Assembly: GCA_963796685.1 (NCBI GenBank) | Contig: CAWCMR010000008.1 | Coordinates: forward strand, 64,001-128,000 | DNA: 64,000 nt | Direction: 5' to 3' | From: an uncultured delta proteobacterium | GTDB lineage: Bacteria > Myxococcota_A > Polyangia > Fen-1088 | In this document: positions 8,113-17,699 of the stretch, piece by piece | How the letters are laid out: each line of letters opens with the position of its first letter | Numbering within the stretch: position 1 is the stretch's first letter | Notes under the pieces: generated by a model | Told to the model about the DNA's origin: nothing | Seen by the model: the letters and a program-made list of their open reading frames with translations, nothing else | The model's database searches: none | Program-made: the position numbers and the translations under genes

Positions 8113-10958
8113 GCACGCACGCGATGGCAACCCATTTCCATGCCTCCCAGGGCGAACTCGCGCATGACGTTCAAGTCCACGACAAGGGAGCACACCAGGA
8201 CCCACACGGCAAGACTGGCTCGGCAGCATTTGCCCAGATGCTCGGCGAGCAGGTCGCCAAATCCTCGCCGAAGAGCGCATTTGTGGAAGCGCTCGGCGAG
8301 CGGCCCCTGTCGGATGGCGTGTCCTCCTCGCGCGTAGAGGGCACCCCACATGCCTCGCCCATCGCGGAAGAGCAAGCCTTGCCGAGAGCCAAGCAAATTT
8401 CGTCGTCCACGCCTTCGCATACCCCTGGCGAAACCGCCTCCTCGCGAGTACCGGCACACCATTTTGGACAGAGGGGGCTCGCCCCGTCGGCCGCGGTGGG
8501 CGCCGTGCCCAAGGAAGGCCCGCACGTACCGGCCGACATGCGCCCTGCGCGCGATTCTGCACGGCAGGCCCGCACAGACGATTCCGCCCTGGCAATCGAG
8601 GAGCACCCAACCAGACCGTCGATGAAATCATCGCAACAGCAAGAAGCCGCGATTTCGACGATTGGACGCCGCGCCGAATACCTCCACGGCTCCGCGGTCG
8701 AACTGGAGCATGCCCCGTACGAACCGAGGCCCGCGGCGGTGACGCCACCAACAGTGCCAATCCCTGACGCCAAGGCTCAGGCAACGGGGCTGGAAGGTCG
8801 GCAGTTGCCGCCGGCCTCACCCGCACCCCTCTCGATCGAAAGTCTCGGCATTGCCACCGCGACTGGATTCAAGAACCCGGAGATCTCGGGCACAGTTGAC
8901 GCCGCCAGCGGGTACGGCTCTTCGGCATCCCCATCGTCGCGGGGTCCAAGACGTGAAATCACGCAGTCAAGGCTTGCGACCAAAGACACAGGTCGGGCGG
9001 TCGGAAGCCGGATCCGCACACCCGCAACCGAGAGCCCCTTCAGCCCCGCCACGACCAGCCCAACACTTGACGCCAAGGTCGGGGTCAAGCGCGCATCCGT
9101 CGATAGCCGCGGTTTCCCCGACCGACCTTCCCCGGGCCAGAACGAAACCAGCCCCCGCCCGCATTTCATGTCGAACGACCACGCCGCTCACGGGCCGATC
9201 CTGTCGAATGAAAACGCGGCACACGCACCAACCATCGCGAAGAGAAGCGTGGCGCAGGCCCCTACCGCCAAGAACACGCCGCCTTCGCCAACCAACGCCA
9301 GCGACACCCCTGCTCTCGTTTCTGAGAAGGCAAGCGAGGACGGCGTGCAAGACCCAATCGTCTCCATCCCTGCTTCGTCGCCGCCGACCCCACCTTCCGA
9401 ACCGACGATCCGCCACGACGTTGTAGCGAGGCCCTTCGCCACGGCGGCTTCTCCTGCAACGCCCCTCTCCACCCACGCCGGAGCCGATCCCCATCGAGCA
9501 CCCGTTACCACGCATCCCTCGATTGCCCCTTCCTCTGATGACGCCCCTCACGCCGAGCACCTTCTTCCAACCAGGGGGTCGCAGGAGCACGCATCTCCAA
9601 CGGCCCACGTCCGAGCGGACCAGCCGCAAGCGGCGCCGCGGCCCCACGCAGAGACACGACCCGCGTCCGCATCCGAGCTTCCGGTGCCATCGCAAAACCT
9701 AAGGGCCTCTGCTCGCCCTCTTGTCCAGGTCGAGGCTGCAACCGAGCCGTCCCCCGCGCGAGCGCACAGAACGCGCAGCGAACGGGCCCCTTTGGAGTCG
9801 GTCCAGAGTCCGCAGGTCCTCGCGATTCCGACCTCTTCCCCCAACCAAGCGACAGTTTCCGGCGACACGGCTGACGTGCGAGTCACACCAACCAGGAGAG
9901 CCGCGGCACCGCCCCAACCAACTGCGCCGGCTGCGCCTCAAGGCGGCGTGGTGAAGGAGCCGTCACCGCGACCGAGCATGGGTCGCGCAAACAAAGCCCA
10001 GGAACCAGAACCGGACGAGTCGCATTCGCTCGGCGGACCCCCCGCCCTCGACGTCGTCCGGCCCTCGCTGTCCGATGCGGCGCCTGGACACGTCGCGACC
10101 GTCATCTCGGTCCCGGTCCCAGCAAACCAGGCACCAGCCGCGCCTGTTGTTACGCCGCGCCGGACAGCGAGCAAGACCACGGTCCAGGTAGAACCGAGCC
10201 CGGGCAAAACGCGCGACCGTCACGCGGATGACGACGAACCGGCCGAAGCGTCCTCGTCGCCGTCGACGCACGCACACACGAACGCGCTCCCTTCACCATC
10301 CTCGTCGTATGCAAGCAGTGACTCCCGGCCCGCCAAGCCCGAGGCGCGACAATCCACCGACAGCAGAAAGGGCGTCGAGGATCCCTCGCAGCCGAGTCAT
10401 GCTCCAGCGGCCTCGGGCCAGCCGCAAGCGGGGAAGGCCGAGAGCCCCCCCGCGGTCTTGCCCTCCGATCGACCCGCCACGTTCGCGTCGGGGGCCGTGT
10501 TTCTGCCTGCCAACGGCGCAGCCCATCTCGCGGAACCCGCGCCGGCACCGCTCCTGGCCTCGGAACGAACCAAAATCTTCGACCGCGCCATCGACGATCC
10601 TGGCCTCTCGGTGAACGTCATGCCCCACTCGGCCCATCTTTCCATCACGGGCGACGCAGGCGATCTGGCGCTCCACGTGCGTGTGCGCGACGGAAGCGCC
10701 GATGTGAACGTCAGCGGCACGATGGCCCCGCTCTTCCATGCCAAGGCCCCGGAGATGCGCGCCGCCCTGGCCGGAGAAGGCCTTCAACTCGGCAGCTTCG
10801 CCACCGATCAGCAAGGCTACTCGCAGGGCCGACAAGGCCAGCCGGAAGATGCGCCAAAGGCCGCCAACTTGCAACCCTCCACACCCCAGCCTCGGACATC
10901 GACGTCCGCGCCCGAAATTCCTATCGCGGATGCCCACCGCATTCACGTGACCGCATGA
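8109..10958 (+). CDS. fliK: flagellar hook-length control protein FliK (949 aa)
   Basis: Directly upstream of flgD; long Pro/Ser/Ala-rich region followed by a C-terminal FliK-type domain (GDLALHVRVRDG...EMRAALAGEGLQLG) and Gln-rich tail. Confidence 0.75.
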   Translation: MSTHAMATHFHASQGELAHDVQVHDKGAHQDPHGKTGSAAFAQMLGEQVAKSSPKSAFVEALGERPLSDGVSSSRVEGTPHASPIAEEQALPRAKQISSSTPSHTPGETASSRVPAHHFGQRGLAPSAAVGAVPKEGPHVPADMRPARDSARQARTDDSALAIEEHPTRPSMKSSQQQEAAISTIGRRAEYLHGSAVELEHAPYEPRPAAVTPPTVPIPDAKAQATGLEGRQLPPASPAPLSIESLGIATATGFKNPEISGTVDAASGYGSSASPSSRGPRREITQSRLATKDTGRAVGSRIRTPATESPFSPATTSPTLDAKVGVKRASVDSRGFPDRPSPGQNETSPRPHFMSNDHAAHGPILSNENAAHAPTIAKRSVAQAPTAKNTPPSPTNASDTPALVSEKASEDGVQDPIVSIPASSPPTPPSEPTIRHDVVARPFATAASPATPLSTHAGADPHRAPVTTHPSIAPSSDDAPHAEHLLPTRGSQEHASPTAHVRADQPQAAPRPHAETRPASASELPVPSQNLRASARPLVQVEAATEPSPARAHRTRSERAPLESVQSPQVLAIPTSSPNQATVSGDTADVRVTPTRRAAAPPQPTAPAAPQGGVVKEPSPRPSMGRANKAQEPEPDESHSLGGPPALDVVRPSLSDAAPGHVATVISVPVPANQAPAAPVVTPRRTASKTTVQVEPSPGKTRDRHADDDEPAEASSSPSTHAHTNALPSPSSSYASSDSRPAKPEARQSTDSRKGVEDPSQPSHAPAASGQPQAGKAESPPAVLPSDRPATFASGAVFLPANGAAHLAEPAPAPLLASERTKIFDRAIDDPGLSVNVMPHSAHLSITGDAGDLALHVRVRDGSADVNVSGTMAPLFHAKAPEMRAALAGEGLQLGSFATDQQGYSQGRQGQPEDAPKAANLQPSTPQPRTSTSAPEIPIADAHRIHVTA

Positions 10959-10968
10959 GGAGTTGACC

Positions 10969-11646
10969 ATGGCAATACAATCGACCATTTCACAAATCCA
11001 AAACGCAGCGGCAACCACCCAGCAACAAGCTGCCGTAAAGAACGATCCAAGCCAACTCGGGGAAAGCGATTTCCTGAAGCTGCTCACCACTCAGCTTCAG
11101 CAACAAGACCCCACCCAGCCCATGGACAATACCGCCATGGTGGCTCAACTCGCACAGTTCTCCGCGCTCGAACAGATGACCAACGTCAACACCACCCTAA
11201 CGCAGATGCTCACAGGACAGGGCACCGCCCTCGAAGCCAATTCTGCAGGGATGGTCGGCAAGACCGCCATATTCAATACAAACCAAGTCAGTCTGACCGA
11301 AGGCAAGCCGGCAACGATCACGGCCAACCTTTCCCAAGCAGCCGCCAACGTTACATTGACCATACAGGACGGAACCGGCAACACCGTGCGCACCGTTGGA
11401 GAGGGTGCCTGCACCTCCGGCAACAACATGTTCACCTGGGACGGCCATGACGACAAAGGCAATCAGCTGCCGACGGGAACCTATACGGCGCAAGTTCTTG
11501 CCACGGACATCAACGGCAACCCCGTTTCCCTGACCCAAAATGGGAGCGCGCCAATCACAGGGGTCGTCTTCAACAACGGTGTGCCGCAGTTCCTGGCAGG
11601 CGGCTCGACTTTGCAGCTCTCGGATATTTCCCAATTGACCGAATAA
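10969..11646 (+). CDS. flgD: flagellar hook capping protein FlgD
   Basis: FLKLLTTQLQQQDPTQPMD, AQLAQFSALEQ, FTWDG; GAGGAG RBS. Confidence 0.95.
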   Translation: MAIQSTISQIQNAAATTQQQAAVKNDPSQLGESDFLKLLTTQLQQQDPTQPMDNTAMVAQLAQFSALEQMTNVNTTLTQMLTGQGTALEANSAGMVGKTAIFNTNQVSLTEGKPATITANLSQAAANVTLTIQDGTGNTVRTVGEGACTSGNNMFTWDGHDDKGNQLPTGTYTAQVLATDINGNPVSLTQNGSAPITGVVFNNGVPQFLAGGSTLQLSDISQLTE

Positions 11647-11669
11647 CAACCAAAGGAAAGGCAACAAAC

Positions 11670-13005
11670 ATGAGTCTAGTCACATCCCTGTACGTAGGAG
11701 CCAGTGGCCTCGACGCGTCCACCAACGAGCTCTCGGTCGTGGGCGACAACATTGCCAACAGCAGCACCGTCGGTTTCAAATCGGCGCGCACCGTCTTTTC
11801 CGACGCCATGGCACAGCAACTCGTCGGCGCGGATGGTCAGATGGGCCTTGGCGTATCCACCATGACGATCCAGAAGCTCTTTTCCCAAGGCGGCTTCACC
11901 ACGACGGGTCTGTCCACGGACGTGGCAATACAGGGCAACGGCATGCTTGTCGTCAAGGGCAATCAAGGCGGCGTCGATGGAACGTTCTATACACGCAATG
12001 GCCAGCTCACCGTGGATAAGGACGGGTACCTCACCAACCTCGAAGGCCTGCGTGTCCAAGGGCTACAAGCCGATGCCGCCGGAACAGTGACGTCCGGTCT
12101 CCTAGGCGATCTGCAGGTCGGCAACGCGTCCGCCCCGGCCAAGGCCACAGACAGCATCACCATTCGAGGAAACCTCGACCAGACTGCCCCGGCCACCGAC
12201 TCGACCTTCGATGCCACGGATGCCAAGGACACGTCCAATTTCAATACCACCATGACGGTCTACGACTCACTCGGCAACGCCATCCAGCTCGAACATCTAC
12301 TTCTGCAAGAAGGATCCGGCCAACACCAACGCGGGCGATTCCGGGGACTGGACGTACCACGTCCTGACAGACGGCGGGAACCTGTCGCAAGATGCGTCCG
12401 GTGGCGCAACTACTCCGAACACGGCCACCGAGGTCGCCACAGGCGAGTTGGACTTCGACAGCCAGGGTCGCCTCATTTCGAATACGACCACGGCAAACGG
12501 CTTCTACCCCAAGAACGCGCTCGCTCCGCAGCCGTTGGCCTTCAATTTTGGCAATGGAACTGCCACCGGTGGTAGCGGGCTCGATGGGCTCACCCAATAC
12601 GCGGCCACCTCGGCGGTAAGCTTCGTAACCCAGGAAGGGTCCAGCTCCGGCAGCCTGAGCAGCATTTCCATCGGACAAGACGGTACCATTACCGGCGGGT
12701 TCACCAATGGCCAGACCCGAACGCTCGGCCAGTTCATCTTGGCCAATTTCAAGGCGCCAGACCAACTTCAACGCATTGGCTCCACTCTCTACACCGAAAC
12801 GCCACAGTCAGGATCGCCCACCCTAGGTACGCCATCCACGGCTGACCGAGGCAGCATCAACGCCGGCACTCTCGAACAGTCGAACGTGGACATCAGCGCC
12901 GAGTTCATTCGTATGATTGCCGCTCAGCGCAACTTCGAAGCCAACTCCAAGACTCTCACCACTGCGGACCAACTCTTGGCCGAGCTGATGCAGATCAAGC
13001 GTTAG
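11670..13005 (+). CDS. flgE: flagellar hook protein FlgE, split by a +1 frameshift near 12290 (probable sequencing error)
   Basis: GDNIANSSTVGFK, YTRNG, VYDSLG in frame 1; LEQSNVD..EF..MIAAQRNFEAN in frame 2; removing one base gives continuous IQLNIYFCKK. Confidence 0.9.
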
Positions 13006-13068
13006 TCCAACGACCGCGCTGGGGCCGCTCGACCTTCGCCAAGCGGGTTTTGCCACCAGCCATTCACC

Positions 13069-13096
13069 TAAAGCGAAGGCTGCGGTAAGCCGAGAT
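13069..13096 (+). promoter_or_regulatory. sigma28-like promoter for flbD-motAB
   Basis: TAAA-N16-GCCGAGAT upstream of AGGAG RBS. Confidence 0.6.
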
Positions 13097-13112
13097 CAAC
13101 CAGGAGACTGCC

Positions 13113-13322
13113 ATGATTCCACTGATTCGCCTCGACGGCTCGGAAGTCATCGTCAACGCCGAGCTCATCGCGACGGTGGAAAAGACACCCGACACCATGC
13201 TGACACTCACCACAGGCCACCACATCCTGGTCAAACAAAGTGTCGAGGACGTGGTCGCGCACGTCATCGAGTATCGGCGCAAGCTGCTGTGCGGGCCGAC
13301 CATCCTCGACAGGGAGGAATAG
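13113..13322 (+). CDS. flbD: FlbD/SwrD family flagellar protein
   Basis: MIPLIRLDG..VNAELIATVEKTPDT..TL..G pattern; directly upstream of motA. Confidence 0.88.
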   Translation: MIPLIRLDGSEVIVNAELIATVEKTPDTMLTLTTGHHILVKQSVEDVVAHVIEYRRKLLCGPTILDREE

Positions 13323-13325
13323 CCG

Positions 13326-14099
13326 ATGGATTTCGGAACCATCGGCGGCATCGTCTTCTCGATCGGCATGATCCTGGTGGGGCAAGCCATCGAGGGTGGG
13401 CATGTCGGCTCGATCATGCAGCTCACGGCTGCCATGATCGTGTTCGGGGGGACCATCGGCGCCGTCGCTGTGTCCTTTCCCATCAACGAGTTCATCCGTG
13501 GCATCAAGATGGGCGCAGGAACCCTCACCCAGCGCAAGAGCGACCTGCATCTCATTTTGGACCAGGTCGTCGACCTCGCCGGGGTGGCCCGTCGCGACGG
13601 CGTTTTGGCTCTCGAGCAGAGGCTTCCCGAGCTGAACGATCCCTTCCTCAAGCGCGCCGTCGGCTTCATTGTCGACGGCGTTGACGCGACGGTCGCGCGC
13701 GATGCCCTCGAGACCGAAATCATGCACGAGTTCGAACAGGGAAGCGTGGGTGCCAAGGTCTTCGAATCCATGGGGGGGTATGCGCCTACCGTGGGCATCT
13801 TGGGGGCCGTGCTTGGTCTCATTCACGTCATGGAGAACCTGAACGACCCGTCCAAGTTGGGCGGGGGCATCGCCACCGCGTTCGTGGCCACCGTGTACGG
13901 CGTCGGCAGCGCGAATCTCCTGTTTCTCCCGCTCGCCAGCAAGATCAAGCGCAAGCTTGCCTTGGAGAAAGAACGGCGGGTCTTGATCGCCGAAGCCGCC
14001 CTATCGATCCAAGCCGGCCTCAATCCTCGTGTTCTGCGCGAAAAGCTGCTGGCCTACGCCGGTATGCACGGCACCCCGGCGGAAGCCAAGAAAGAGTGA
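13326..14099 (+). CDS. motA: flagellar stator protein MotA
   Basis: ARRDGVLALE, GGYAPTVGILGAVLGLI, AFVATVYG, GLNPR. Confidence 0.95.
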   Translation: MDFGTIGGIVFSIGMILVGQAIEGGHVGSIMQLTAAMIVFGGTIGAVAVSFPINEFIRGIKMGAGTLTQRKSDLHLILDQVVDLAGVARRDGVLALEQRLPELNDPFLKRAVGFIVDGVDATVARDALETEIMHEFEQGSVGAKVFESMGGYAPTVGILGAVLGLIHVMENLNDPSKLGGGIATAFVATVYGVGSANLLFLPLASKIKRKLALEKERRVLIAEAALSIQAGLNPRVLREKLLAYAGMHGTPAEAKKE

Positions 14100-14102
14100 C
14101 CG

Positions 14103-14879
14103 GTGGCCAAACGCGAGACACCCGAAGAACACGAGAACCACGAACGCTGGCTCGTCTCCTACGCCGATTTCATCACCCTCCTGTTCGCCTTCTTCGTGGT
14201 CCTCTATTCGACGAGTCGCATCGACAACAAACGCATGGTCGACGTGGTCAAGTCGATCAAGTTTGCCATGCATTTCAAAGGTCAGGGCGGCGTCGATACC
14301 ATGCCCATTTTCGACGGTCCCGCCAGCGAAGGTGGGTGCCAGGCCAACCTGTCCGATTCCGAAAGACCCTCGCAAAAGCAGATCGAGGCCATCGAGGCCA
14401 TGCGCCGGCGCATGGAAAAGAAATTCAAGGGTTTCCTCCTGGAAAAGCCCGGCATGACGACGGCGGTGACCTTACACGTCGAGGGCAGGAAGCTCATGAT
14501 TCGCCTGTCTGTCGCCCACTTCTTCGATCCCATGCAGGCGGCCCTGCGACCAGACGTCATTCCCGTCCTGGATGTCATCGCCGACGAGCTCTCCCGCATG
14601 CACCGGCCGATTCGCATCGAGGGCCACACGGACGATACACCCGTCATCACCGCGCGCTACCGCGACAATTGGGATCTCTCGGCCTCGCGCGCCGCTTCGG
14701 TGACCAGTTACATCGAGCGCGCCCATCAGATCCCCGGAACGCTGCTGAGCGCGGCGGGCTACGGCGACAGCAGGCCTGTGGCCACCAACGACACCGCGAC
14801 GGGCCGCGAGCTCAACCGCCGGATCGATCTCGTCGTCGAGGTCAAGCCCACGGACAACCTGGACGCGATCGCACAGTGA
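14103..14879 (+). CDS. motB: flagellar stator protein MotB
   Basis: WLVSYADFITLLFAFFVVLY TM segment; OmpA-like IEGHTDD, NWDLSASRA, NRRIDL. Confidence 0.95.
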   Translation: MAKRETPEEHENHERWLVSYADFITLLFAFFVVLYSTSRIDNKRMVDVVKSIKFAMHFKGQGGVDTMPIFDGPASEGGCQANLSDSERPSQKQIEAIEAMRRRMEKKFKGFLLEKPGMTTAVTLHVEGRKLMIRLSVAHFFDPMQAALRPDVIPVLDVIADELSRMHRPIRIEGHTDDTPVITARYRDNWDLSASRAASVTSYIERAHQIPGTLLSAAGYGDSRPVATNDTATGRELNRRIDLVVEVKPTDNLDAIAQ

Positions 14880-14900
14880 CCGGCACCCCCCTCTGCCTTC

Positions 14901-16955
14901 TCATCGAGCCGAGTCACAGTAGGCATTCCACGCTTCCCGATAGGCCCCTTCCAAGGCGCGCGCCAAACGAGAGGCATCCATGACCGCCGAGCCGGCGAAC
15001 CTTTCACGCAAGCCAGACCGCAACTTGGCCACGGTGGCCCGGTCCTTTCCCAAAGCCACGGCCCCGTCAACGTAGGTCTGTCGATCCTTCGCCACGAGCT
15101 CAGGCAAGCCCGCATGCGTGAGCAGACTAGCCCCCACGCGCCCGGCATGACTGCTTCCTTCGAGGGTCAACACGGGCGTTCCCATCCACAGTGCTTCGCA
15201 GGTTGTGGTCGTTCCGTTGTACGGAAAGGTGTCCAAGGCCACATCCATGCGGTGGTAGAGACGGAAGTGGTCTTCGGCCTCACGCTCGTGTCCCATGAAC
15301 TGTATCCGACCCTCTTCCGCCACACCACGCGCCGCGAAGGCCGCCAGGATTCTTTCCTTGACCTTGTCGTTGCGCAACCCCCGAGCCTTGAGAAGAAATG
15401 TGCTTCCGGGCACGCGTTCAAGGATCGCCGCCCAGGTATCGAGCACGACATCATTGATCTTCGCCAAATTGTTGAAGCTACCGTAGCTGATGTGATCCAC
15501 CTCGTTCCACGGTGAGTCGGCAACAGGGAGCTGCCGTGCAAACTCCGGAGGCTGATACGCAAGAAAACCACCTTCGATGCGCACGAGCTTTTCCGTATGC
15601 CGCACGTCCGCGTTGCCAACCGGATCGGCAATCGCATCGGTCAGCCTATAGTCCATATCCGTAAGCCCAGTCGTATTCGGGTAGCCCAGATACGTCACTT
15701 GTATCGGCGCCACGCGATTGCCGAGCATCACCAGACGGTTGTCGCAGGTGTGCCCGGAAAGCTCCACGAGCACATCGATCCCGTCCGCTTGGATCAACTC
15801 GGCTAGGTCGTCATCGCTCATCCGATAGACATTTCGGTAGCATTCGGCGGCAGCCTTGATCCGCGCGCTCATGTCGTCCTCCCTGAAACCCGTCGAGTAG
15901 CAGGTGACTTCCAACAACTTGCGGTCGTGCTGCTCGAGCACCGGACAAATGAAGAACGCCACCGAATGCATCCGAAAATCTGGAGACAAGTAGCCTACGC
16001 GCAGCCTTCGCATGCGATCGCGGTCCGCTACGCGCAACGAGCGGCGGCCGCCCTTGATTAGGCCTTGGAAGCGGCGGTGTTCACCGGCAACCCACTCCGG
16101 CTCCGCATTGGGATCGTCGTTCAACGCGAGCAAATAGCCGGAAAACACGTTTCCATTCTCGGGTCTCAAACGCACGGCTTGCTCGTAGTGCTGGCGGCAC
16201 AACGCCTGTTCTCCTTGGTCCCGAAGAAGTAGAGCCAGGTTGTTATGGACCTCGCTACAATTCGGATCGATTTCCAATGCACGCCGCAAGAAGCTGATTC
16301 CAAGCCCGGTCAAGCCCGTCAAATTGGCCAGGAGTCCAAGGTGGGTGTAGGCAACGATCGATCGCGGACAGAGTCGCAGTACCTCCTGAAACGCGCCTTG
16401 GGCCTCCGACAGCCAGCGGAGCTCGAAATAGGCCAGCCCAAGGTCATTGTAATACACGGGATTGTTCGGATCCAAATTGACTGCCCGAGTGAGCTCCTTC
16501 ACTGCACTCTGGAGATCCCCGGTTTTCGCAAGGCAATAACCAACTTCCCGATGGTTCGACGCGGCTCCTGGCTCGATCTGCACCTTCCGTTGCAGAAGTG
16601 GCAAAGCGTCCCGGTATCGTTCATCCTTCATGAGCGCACCGGATTGTCGGCTCAACGTCGCAAGGAAGTTTCCGCGAATCTCCGGATTTTCCGGTTTGAG
16701 CTCGTAGGCTCTTCCGAGGAGGTCGATCTGCTCGTCGAGCTTCACTGACCATTTGCTGTAGATGGCCGCCAGGTTATTGGAGATGTCCGCATCCTTCGCC
16801 CCCAGAGCCACGGCCTGAGCGTACGCCTTCTCCGCGGCCGCCAGGTTTCCGTCCACGACCGCCCTGCGCCCGGCTTCGCGCAGCTCCCCTATGCGCCTCT
16901 CCAAAGATACGCCCGCAACCTTGTTCTTCGATCGAAGTCGGTCCTTCCTGCCCAT
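14901..16955 (-). CDS. TPR-containing GT41 glycosyltransferase, SPINDLY-like
   Basis: N-terminal TPRs; RLRVGYLSPDFRMHSV, ELSGHT, PIQVTYLGYPNTTG, GSFNNLAK, DTFPYNGTTTTCEALWMG. Confidence 0.9.
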   Translation of the reverse strand: MGRKDRLRSKNKVAGVSLERRIGELREAGRRAVVDGNLAAAEKAYAQAVALGAKDADISNNLAAIYSKWSVKLDEQIDLLGRAYELKPENPEIRGNFLATLSRQSGALMKDERYRDALPLLQRKVQIEPGAASNHREVGYCLAKTGDLQSAVKELTRAVNLDPNNPVYYNDLGLAYFELRWLSEAQGAFQEVLRLCPRSIVAYTHLGLLANLTGLTGLGISFLRRALEIDPNCSEVHNNLALLLRDQGEQALCRQHYEQAVRLRPENGNVFSGYLLALNDDPNAEPEWVAGEHRRFQGLIKGGRRSLRVADRDRMRRLRVGYLSPDFRMHSVAFFICPVLEQHDRKLLEVTCYSTGFREDDMSARIKAAAECYRNVYRMSDDDLAELIQADGIDVLVELSGHTCDNRLVMLGNRVAPIQVTYLGYPNTTGLTDMDYRLTDAIADPVGNADVRHTEKLVRIEGGFLAYQPPEFARQLPVADSPWNEVDHISYGSFNNLAKINDVVLDTWAAILERVPGSTFLLKARGLRNDKVKERILAAFAARGVAEEGRIQFMGHEREAEDHFRLYHRMDVALDTFPYNGTTTTCEALWMGTPVLTLEGSSHAGRVGASLLTHAGLPELVAKDRQTYVDGAVALGKDRATVAKLRSGLRERFAGSAVMDASRLARALEGAYREAWNAYCDSAR

Positions 16956-16972
16956 GTCTCTCCCTAGACTCG

Positions 16973-17000
16973 ACTTCGACGGACATCAGCACTTCCTTGA
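16973..17000 (-). promoter_or_regulatory. sigma28-like promoter for GT41 gene
   Basis: Reverse strand TCAAG-N15-GTCGAAGT just upstream of RBS. Confidence 0.5.
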
Positions 17001-17023
17001 ATCTTCCGCAATCCACGCCAGTC

Positions 17024-17050
17024 TCAAGCATTCCTCGCTCCTGCCGATAA
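17024..17050 (+). promoter_or_regulatory. sigma28 promoter for methyltransferase gene
   Basis: TCAAG-N14-GCCGATAA, full match to the FliA consensus. Confidence 0.8.
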
Positions 17051-17117
17051 CCTTGCTACGCGTTCGGGCGGTGTCGCCGCTCGGGGTTACTCGCCAAGAG
17101 ACACTACCATCGGACCT

Positions 17118-17670
17118 ATGATGCCAGAAGCGCGCAAACTTCATATTGGTGGGACCGTCAGGGTTGCCGGCTGGGAGATCCTCAACATCTCCCCCGGGCC
17201 TCACGTCGATCACGTCGGGAACGCCAACGATCTCTCGCGCTTCGGCAACGGTCTCTTCGCCGAGGTGTACGCTTCCCACACCCTGGAGCACTTCGACTAC
17301 GCGGGCGATCTGGAACGCGCTCTCGAGGAATGGTCAAGGGTGCTGTCGCCCGGCGGGACGCTCTATCTGAGTGTTCCGGACCTCGATGTGCTCGCAAAAC
17401 TGCTCCTCGTTAAGGAGGAGCTCGCCATTTCCGACCGCTTTCTGGTGATGAGGATGCTCTTTGGCGGCCACGTAGACCGCAATGACTACCACCTTGTTGG
17501 CCTGAATGAGGAGTTCCTCGGGCACTTCCTCGCGAAGGCTGGGTTCTCCGTAGTGCGTCGGGTCCCCAGTTTCGGAATCTTCCACGACACCAGTGCAGCT
17601 CTTGTTCAAGGGCATTCCGATTAGCCTGAATGTCGTCGCCGTGAAGCCGGCCATTGGCGCGGCCACCTGA
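17118..17670 (+). CDS. class I SAM-dependent methyltransferase; +1 frameshift near 17595 (probable error; ORF as given ends 17624)
   Basis: KLHIGG, YASHTLEHF, RVLSPGGTLYLSVPD; alternate frame supplies a plausible C-terminus FKGIPISLNVVAVK. Confidence 0.8.
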
Positions 17671-17699
17671 CAGTGCTGTAAACGATGGTCGGCCTGGTA

